Origin: Desulfatiglandales bacterium
Lineage (GTDB): Bacteria; Desulfobacterota; DSM-4660; Desulfatiglandales; Desulfatiglandaceae
Length of the DNA: 64,000 nucleotides
NCBI GenBank assembly: GCA_963666345.1
Contig: OY762721.1
Location: forward strand, 2,880,001-2,944,000
Reading direction: 5' to 3'
Numbering within the stretch: position 1 is the stretch's first letter; each line of letters begins with the position of its first letter. The notes below the pieces were generated by a model. That model ran no database searches. It had not been told where the DNA came from and saw only the letters and a program-made list of their open reading frames with translations. This document shows positions 57,916-64,000 of the stretch, in pieces. A program made the translations under genes and the position numbers.

Positions 57916-58662
57916 ATGAAGATCGATATCAACAGGGCTGAAAAGACCCTTGCTGACTATGATGATTTAATAAGTTCAGCTATCGAGTTAATCGATCAGT
58001 TTAACCGGCTCGATATATGGAATGACTATCAGAAACACATAAATAGAAAGTTCACTGCCTCGAAAAAATTGATTGAGGCTTATGAAGCAAGCGGCCTTTA
58101 CAATAGTTATGACATCCTGAGGATAGCTGGATTTGTTGCAACTGAAGAGAGTCTGAGTAATGCCGTTGCATCCCTGCTGGACCCCAATAGACCTCACCAA
58201 CTTGGAATAGTACCCCTTAAAAGCCTGCTGACGAGCTTAAGAAACAGGAAAAAGGAAACCATCTCTGCCATCTTGAAAATCCTTGATGATCCATGGATCA
58301 AGATCAAAGTTCAGAGGGAGTTACACTTAAGAAATACCATCCCTGACATCGTAATAGAATCAAAGGATTTTATAATCTTTATTGAAAACAAGCTCAGGGG
58401 AAATGTTGAGACCGGAAACGGTACCCAAACCATACGTCAATGGGAGGCCCTTAAATTACGTGGCCAGAGATATGGGATATCAAATCTCCTTGGAATTTTC
58501 CTAACCCCTGAAGGCAAGTCTCCCAGTTCAAAAGACTTTATTCCCTTATCTGTCCATGAACTGGTATCAGCCCTTAGGAAGGTCTTGGAAAAACCAAAAG
58601 CCCCTGACCACATGGACATAATTTATGCTTTTTTAGGATTCTACGACTGGCATGATTGCTAA
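57916..58662 (+). CDS. PD-(D/E)XK nuclease family protein
   Basis: E..LS..VA.LLDP...H.LG; IPDIVI...IFIENK; Q..R; IFLTP.G. Confidence 0.8.
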   Translation: MKIDINRAEKTLADYDDLISSAIELIDQFNRLDIWNDYQKHINRKFTASKKLIEAYEASGLYNSYDILRIAGFVATEESLSNAVASLLDPNRPHQLGIVPLKSLLTSLRNRKKETISAILKILDDPWIKIKVQRELHLRNTIPDIVIESKDFIIFIENKLRGNVETGNGTQTIRQWEALKLRGQRYGISNLLGIFLTPEGKSPSSKDFIPLSVHELVSALRKVLEKPKAPDHMDIIYAFLGFYDWHDC

Positions 58663-58672
58663 GGAGGATACC

Positions 58673-59284
58673 ATGACTGAGTTTACAGGAGACAAAGGGC
58701 TGAATTTTGTTATTGACCATTACAAAAATATTGAAGCCATAAATGAAATCTACAAGACGGCTAAGACCAAACTACCGGAGCGTGTAAACTTAGCAATCGT
58801 TGATAGCATAAAAGGCTTGGAGAACTATTTTCATTCAAAAAAGCTTATCTGTGAAACTATTGATGGCCAAATTTACTGGTTTGATCCTGACCTTTACGAC
58901 ACTCAAGCTGGACTAGGACTATTTTTGGCATTTGATTATATTTCTAGTTGGGCTGAATTAAGCCCAGAAGGCTATGAACCTGATCGGCCGTTCTTATATG
59001 CCTGTTATGAACCATCAGGAAAGACCAAAGCAGACCGAAAAGAGGATTTAAATAGATGGAAAAATGAAATTAAAAAACATAAGTCCAGCTTATTAAAAAA
59101 AGACATTTTTTTAGCCAAACCTGATGATGATGATCCCGGATGGCTGGTGACATATTATATCGATAAAGAAGTGAATATTGAAGTTTTGAAAACCCCGGGG
59201 GAACTAAGAAAAAAAGTCCAGACGGCTGTCAAGAATTTTACCTCGACAATCTTGCCAATCATTAGAAAGATCGCAAAAACCTAG
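58673..59284 (+). CDS. Hypothetical protein, closely coupled to the nuclease gene
   Basis: Long ORF, RBS ggagg before ATG 58673 (alternative start 58652 overlaps the nuclease stop). Confidence 0.7.
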   Translation: MTEFTGDKGLNFVIDHYKNIEAINEIYKTAKTKLPERVNLAIVDSIKGLENYFHSKKLICETIDGQIYWFDPDLYDTQAGLGLFLAFDYISSWAELSPEGYEPDRPFLYACYEPSGKTKADRKEDLNRWKNEIKKHKSSLLKKDIFLAKPDDDDPGWLVTYYIDKEVNIEVLKTPGELRKKVQTAVKNFTSTILPIIRKIAKT

Positions 59285-59359
59285 CATTTATTATAGCCGT
59301 ATCAATCACTATTATCCATTTCACCATCAATCCTACCAAAAGGTAAGAAAGGAGGAGCT

Positions 59360-60151
59360 ATGCCCAGCTATAGAGAAGCAAAAGCAAGATCTGAAAGAAA
59401 GCTTCAGAAGGCTTTTAAGCTTGGTGAGGTACCCAAGGTTTATGAAGTCAATTGCCCTTATTATGGACAAAAAAAGTTTTCAAGACCTGGTAAAAGAAAA
59501 ATCAAAATCTGTAGTTTCCACAGGCCAGATCAAGGAATAGAATTATTTGAATACACTGAGCTAAGAAATACCCCTATAAAAGAACTCCATCAATCCTATT
59601 GCCAGCTTGATAACGACAGGATCAAAGATGGAAAAAATAACAGCTTTATGATAGAAGTCCGAGTGGAATTTCCAAGGAAATTAACTATACTAGCAGGCTA
59701 TGAGTGGGCCTTTCTTGGAAGGCTGACAACTGGGGATAAATTCTTGGCCGTCTTAAAGCTTAAGGTAAGAAAAATTTTTAGGGGTTGCGGGTTGTCAAGT
59801 TTGATCAAGTTTAAAGAGCTTGACCTTGCAAGAAAACAAACTTGTGATTTTATCCAGACATACCATGCGGCAGATAACCCCTATTTTCTTTCAGCAATCA
59901 CCCCCAGCCTGAACCAGGGCTTTGTCCTTTATCATGGAAGACCCACCGGGATCGAAGCCTATGAAGAGGAAGGCTATATCCACTTAAGGAAATACCTCAA
60001 AAGGAAAACAAGACCTGACATTAAAGTTACCTTCAAAGACGGCACAGTCTTTAAATCCAATAAGGAAAACCATCTTATCCTTGAGCATTTGAAAAATGCT
60101 AAAGGCCTGCCTGGAAGGCATATCCTTAAGATTGAAGAATATGGGGAATAG
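59360..60151 (+). CDS. Hypothetical protein with GNAT-like acetyl-CoA motif
   Basis: RBS ggagg; LKVRKIFRGCGLSSLI motif A. Confidence 0.6.
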   Translation: MPSYREAKARSERKLQKAFKLGEVPKVYEVNCPYYGQKKFSRPGKRKIKICSFHRPDQGIELFEYTELRNTPIKELHQSYCQLDNDRIKDGKNNSFMIEVRVEFPRKLTILAGYEWAFLGRLTTGDKFLAVLKLKVRKIFRGCGLSSLIKFKELDLARKQTCDFIQTYHAADNPYFLSAITPSLNQGFVLYHGRPTGIEAYEEEGYIHLRKYLKRKTRPDIKVTFKDGTVFKSNKENHLILEHLKNAKGLPGRHILKIEEYGE

Positions 60152-60719
60152 AAATATCAAAGGGAGATTGATCTTAAAACTTCATATAGCTTCACTCACT
60201 TTTTCTCGCAATTCTAATTTTTTTGCAATTTTTTTCGCTTTTTTCTTTTTGAACCTTCCTTAAGCCTCCTTTTCGAATTAATTTCACAATTATTCTAAGG
60301 CCTTACAGAATAGAAAAAGCTTGACATTCCAACCTAAATTTATTAATATTTTAACATAAATTATAGAGTTTATTATTATTGATTTTCGATCAAAGTTTTT
60401 CACAATATTTCCAGCTATCGCCACCTTGGAAATTTTTCTTTTCTTAGTAAAGCCTCCAAACCTAAAGTCCTTTTATCTAAATATTTATCTAAGAATAATT
60501 CCTGTCAAAACCACACTATAACTTTGCCATTCATAATTTGACTTTGTACCAAGTAAATATATTTGGAAGGGAGATGGAACAACCAAGATAATATAGAAAT
60601 TTGCAAAGAATATTTCTATTTAAACCGCCACGCCTCGGGAGTTTTTCAGATATGTTCCGGGGCGTTTCTGCGTTTTGGAGATTTGGCTATTTTCCAATAA
60701 AGGAGAAAGGAGAAAAATT

Positions 60720-62939
60720 ATGCCTTTGAAAAGAAACAGAAGGAAGAGAAGAAATATCGTAAGGGCCGAGCAGCCATCCGATCTAACTGATATGTTCGTG
60801 ATCAAGAAGACAGCAACTTATCTTTATCGTCACCTTGCTGCCTTTCCCTGCACTGAACTTGATGAGGAATTTTTTGATTTACTTTCATTTGGAATGAACG
60901 AAAGCCTTGAGGGGATAATAGAACGGAGTTTAAATCGGTTCGAAAGCCCGAGGAAAGACCAGTATTTACCTATTGTCCAAAAATGCCTTGATTCAAACAG
61001 CAGGTTCAATGACATCATACCCTGTATCCTCGAAAGGGCACCGAACGCCTTTTGTGTAGCTATCAGGCAATCCATTCTTGAAGCATTAAAAAATAGTATT
61101 GAAAAGCATAAATACAGGTGTAAATCTGATCTGGAAAAAAATCTTTACAGGATAAAAAAGACTTTTAAGTTGAATAAAGCTGAGGTTGAGTTTGCCCTTT
61201 TTCTTTATATAATATTTTGCAACTCAAAGCTTGATACTTTCTTTATAGATGAACTTCATTGCCAGAGGCTGAGTGGAAAGAAGTACCTGGCAAATGTCCT
61301 AGAATTGACTAGAGGAGAGTTAGATCAGGTTATGAACGGCACCCTTAAAAAGATTGATTTCTTCTCTTTTGACATGGAGGGTCTGGTAGTTGAATCCGAA
61401 TTTGTTAACATCTTTGAGTATGGCACACTGTCTGATCCCTCTCGGTTATATTTCAATAAAATCAAAAGACCTGCTATTCCTCTTGATTACCATTTAACCG
61501 TTCAAAAGGTGATTCCTCATATAATCAGTTTATTTAAGAAAAAGCCTGTGTCATCAACTCATATATTGCTGTATGGAGCCCCAGGAACGGGAAAGACATC
61601 CTTTGCTGAGGGTCTGGCAAAAGAATTGAAAATACCAGCATATACCATCACAAAAGATGCTGACAACAAGACTAAGCGTGCGAGACTTGCAATTATGGCC
61701 TGCTTAAACATTACAAACAGTGGAGATGGGTCCCTGGTAGTCGTAGATGAGGCTGACAACCTCCTTAACACAAGGTTCTCATGGTTTTCAAGGGGTGAGA
61801 CTCAAGATAAGGGCTGGCTAAATAAACTGATGGAAGAGCCAGGGGTAAGGATGATCTGGATAACCAATGAGATAGATGACATTGCCCCATCGGTTTTAAG
61901 GAGATTTTCCTATAGCCTACACTTTAAACCCTTTAACAAGCGTCAGAGAGTGCTTCTATGGGAGAACATCTTAAGATATAACAGGGTCAAGAGGTTTTTC
62001 ACCAGTGATGAGGTAAATAGCCTTGCCGTCAGGTATAGGGTAAATGCCGGGGTCATAGATCTAGCGGTCAAGAAGGCTAAAGAGACGGGTATTACATCAA
62101 AGCCTGATTATCAAAATGCCTTAAGACTTGCCTTGGATGCCTACCTGGCTTTGGAAAATGGCGGGGAGAAGGAAATAGACAGGGAAAGAATCGAAGAAAC
62201 CTATTCCTTGGAGGGTCTTAATATCAAGGGGGATCTTAAAGGAGCCTTAGGTCAGCTGGAAGCCTTTGATCAGTTTTTAAGGAAGGCTGATGATGACAGG
62301 GTATTAACCATTAATCTCTTGCTTTATGGACCACCTGGTACTGGAAAGAGCGAGTTTGCCAGATACCTTGGAAGGCACCTTGATAGGGAAATTATTGTCA
62401 AACGGATAAGTGACCTACAGAGCAAATGGGTAGGTGATTCAGAGAAGAATATCAGGGATGCCTTTTATGAAGCAGAAAGAGAAGAGGCAATCCTTATCAT
62501 GGATGAGGCAGATAGCTTGGTTTTTAGCAGGGATTATGCCCTTCACTCATGGGAGATATCATTTACCAATGAATTTTTGGCCAGGTTGGAAAGGTTCAAA
62601 GGGATTCTTATTTGCACTACCAATAGGCTGAAAGACCTTGATCAGGCGAGTATCAGGCGGTTTCAGCATAAGCTTGGGTTTGATTATCTGGATGCTGAAG
62701 GTAATCTGATTTTCTATCAAAAGCTTTTAGAAGGGCTGGTTGATGAACCATTGGATGATGAGAATATCGCTAAGCTAAAAGATATCCGTAACCTTGCTCC
62801 AGGAGATTTTAAGACGGTAAGGGATAGGTTTATCTTTATTTCCGATGATGGCCTGAACCATCAGACCCTTGTTGAGGCTTTAAGAAATGAGTCTGAAATC
62901 AAGAAGGTCTTCCTTAAAACCGGCTCGATTGGCTTTTAA
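60720..62939 (+). CDS. Double AAA+ ATPase (SpoVK/Ycf46/Vps4-like)
   Basis: Two Walker A (GAPGTGKT, GPPGTGKS), two DEAD Walker B, RRF Arg fingers, C-terminal IGF. Confidence 0.9.
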   Translation: MPLKRNRRKRRNIVRAEQPSDLTDMFVIKKTATYLYRHLAAFPCTELDEEFFDLLSFGMNESLEGIIERSLNRFESPRKDQYLPIVQKCLDSNSRFNDIIPCILERAPNAFCVAIRQSILEALKNSIEKHKYRCKSDLEKNLYRIKKTFKLNKAEVEFALFLYIIFCNSKLDTFFIDELHCQRLSGKKYLANVLELTRGELDQVMNGTLKKIDFFSFDMEGLVVESEFVNIFEYGTLSDPSRLYFNKIKRPAIPLDYHLTVQKVIPHIISLFKKKPVSSTHILLYGAPGTGKTSFAEGLAKELKIPAYTITKDADNKTKRARLAIMACLNITNSGDGSLVVVDEADNLLNTRFSWFSRGETQDKGWLNKLMEEPGVRMIWITNEIDDIAPSVLRRFSYSLHFKPFNKRQRVLLWENILRYNRVKRFFTSDEVNSLAVRYRVNAGVIDLAVKKAKETGITSKPDYQNALRLALDAYLALENGGEKEIDRERIEETYSLEGLNIKGDLKGALGQLEAFDQFLRKADDDRVLTINLLLYGPPGTGKSEFARYLGRHLDREIIVKRISDLQSKWVGDSEKNIRDAFYEAEREEAILIMDEADSLVFSRDYALHSWEISFTNEFLARLERFKGILICTTNRLKDLDQASIRRFQHKLGFDYLDAEGNLIFYQKLLEGLVDEPLDDENIAKLKDIRNLAPGDFKTVRDRFIFISDDGLNHQTLVEALRNESEIKKVFLKTGSIGF

Positions 62940-63532
62940 TGTTTTTTCTTTTGGAGATGTGAGTTTACGGGAAAGGGATTAAATATCCTAGGCATACATG
63001 CAACATTTTGCTTTAGCTAAATACTGGCATAACTTAGAGATATCAATGGTTTTGCTGCTTTTCGGGTACATGGCAAATATCTCAGGTCTGCCCATCTAAC
63101 ATTTTAAGGCAAAACATGTCCCTTCTGGCCAATAAAAAAAGCCGTGTCTATCAAACATATCGCAGGATTTCAGTGCGGCTGATATCTTGGTGTGTACAGG
63201 GCGTATCACAAGAAGAGTATATTCTGAATGAAGAAGGTATTGTACGGGTTTATGGTGGCAAGTCGATCTGAAATCCCATTCTGCCAAAGCGATCTATAAT
63301 ATTTTCGGGATTTTGAAATTAAACTTATTTTGATGTATAGTAGAGACCATATTTGAACGGTTTTAGTAATCATCAGTATTATTGAATCTGCTTGGGCTCA
63401 AAAATGATGCAAGAATGGCTGGGTTTTCAAAGGCCCAAAAAAATCAATGATACAGCGAGTATGCTTGACACTCAAAAGCCCCATTTATTCAAACAAAATA
63501 AAGTCAAGGCTTGATGTAGAGGGGAGAGCACT

Positions 63533-64000
63533 ATGGTAGCGATTCAGACAGACCAGATATTCGAAGATATCGTAGAGACAATACGCGAACCCCTTTTGGT
63601 GCTGGCTTCAGACCTGAGGGTTATCTCAGCAAACCGAAGTTTCTATGATTTATTCAAGGTAAATCCTGAAAAGACCGTGGGGCAGCTTATCTATGACCTC
63701 GGCAATAAACAGTGGGATATCCCTAAGCTGCGGGAGCTGTTGGAAAACATCCTTCCCGAAAAGACAAGCTTTGACAACTATGAGGTTGAACACGACTTTG
63801 CCACCATCGGCAGGCGCGTCATGTTGTTGAATGCCCGGCAGATTGAACAAGCGATGGGCAAGGAGCGGATCATCCTGTTGGCCATTGAGGACATTACCGA
63901 GCGCAGGCAATTAGAAGACCTGCTGGAAGAGTCTGCAGAACAAGTACTCAAAGAATCAGAAGAAAGGTATAGGATAATATTTGAAGGAGCTACAGAGGGC
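63533..64000 (+). CDS. PAS-domain sensor protein, N-terminal part (runs off window)
   Basis: Hand translation: IVETIREPLLVL..DLRVISANRSFY...QWDIPKLRELLE...LLAIEDITER...SEERYRIIFE; not in the ORF track because it has no stop in the window. Confidence 0.88.
   Translation, partial: MVAIQTDQIFEDIVETIREPLLVLASDLRVISANRSFYDLFKVNPEKTVGQLIYDLGNKQWDIPKLRELLENILPEKTSFDNYEVEHDFATIGRRVMLLNARQIEQAMGKERIILLAIEDITERRQLEDLLEESAEQVLKESEERYRIIFEGATEG

Noticed and set aside
54407..64000. Intact prophage or attR of the tRNA-Leu island
   Set aside because: No phage structural genes, and no duplicated tRNA 3' end found by eye within the window

Overview
Deltaproteobacterial-type (Desulfobacterota-like, inferred from gene content) chromosomal window. 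Two core blocks (lysA-dapF-dapA-dapB-dapL-folK-fsa-slt-pgsA-tRNA-Gly/Cys; kdsA-kdsC-lptCAB-rpoN-hpf-ptsN-EIIA-rimI-gap-tpiA-secG-tRNA-Leu) enclose an accessory region that starts at tRNA-Cys. The main candidate novel system is there. Four otherwise unrelated signal-peptide proteins (papain C1A, streptopain C10 and gingipain C25 cysteine proteases plus one unknown protein) all end in the same short tail, [ML]P[WF][IL][PQ]LLL-x(1-2)-D-stop. They sit directly next to a complete type II secretion gene cluster, and two lie downstream of duplicated c-di-GMP-I riboswitch leaders. This suggests a C-terminal sorting/anchoring signal for T2SS cargo (inference). The region is layered with mobile DNA: a group IIC intron at a riboswitch terminator, split between D5 and D6 by an IS4-family element; nested MITEs with 8-bp TSDs carrying decayed four-helix-bundle genes; IS scars; and a fossil group II intron. 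A second, damaged island at tRNA-Leu carries an integrase fragment, IS21, an XRE gene, a PD-(D/E)XK nuclease, a GNAT-like gene and a double-AAA ATPase.
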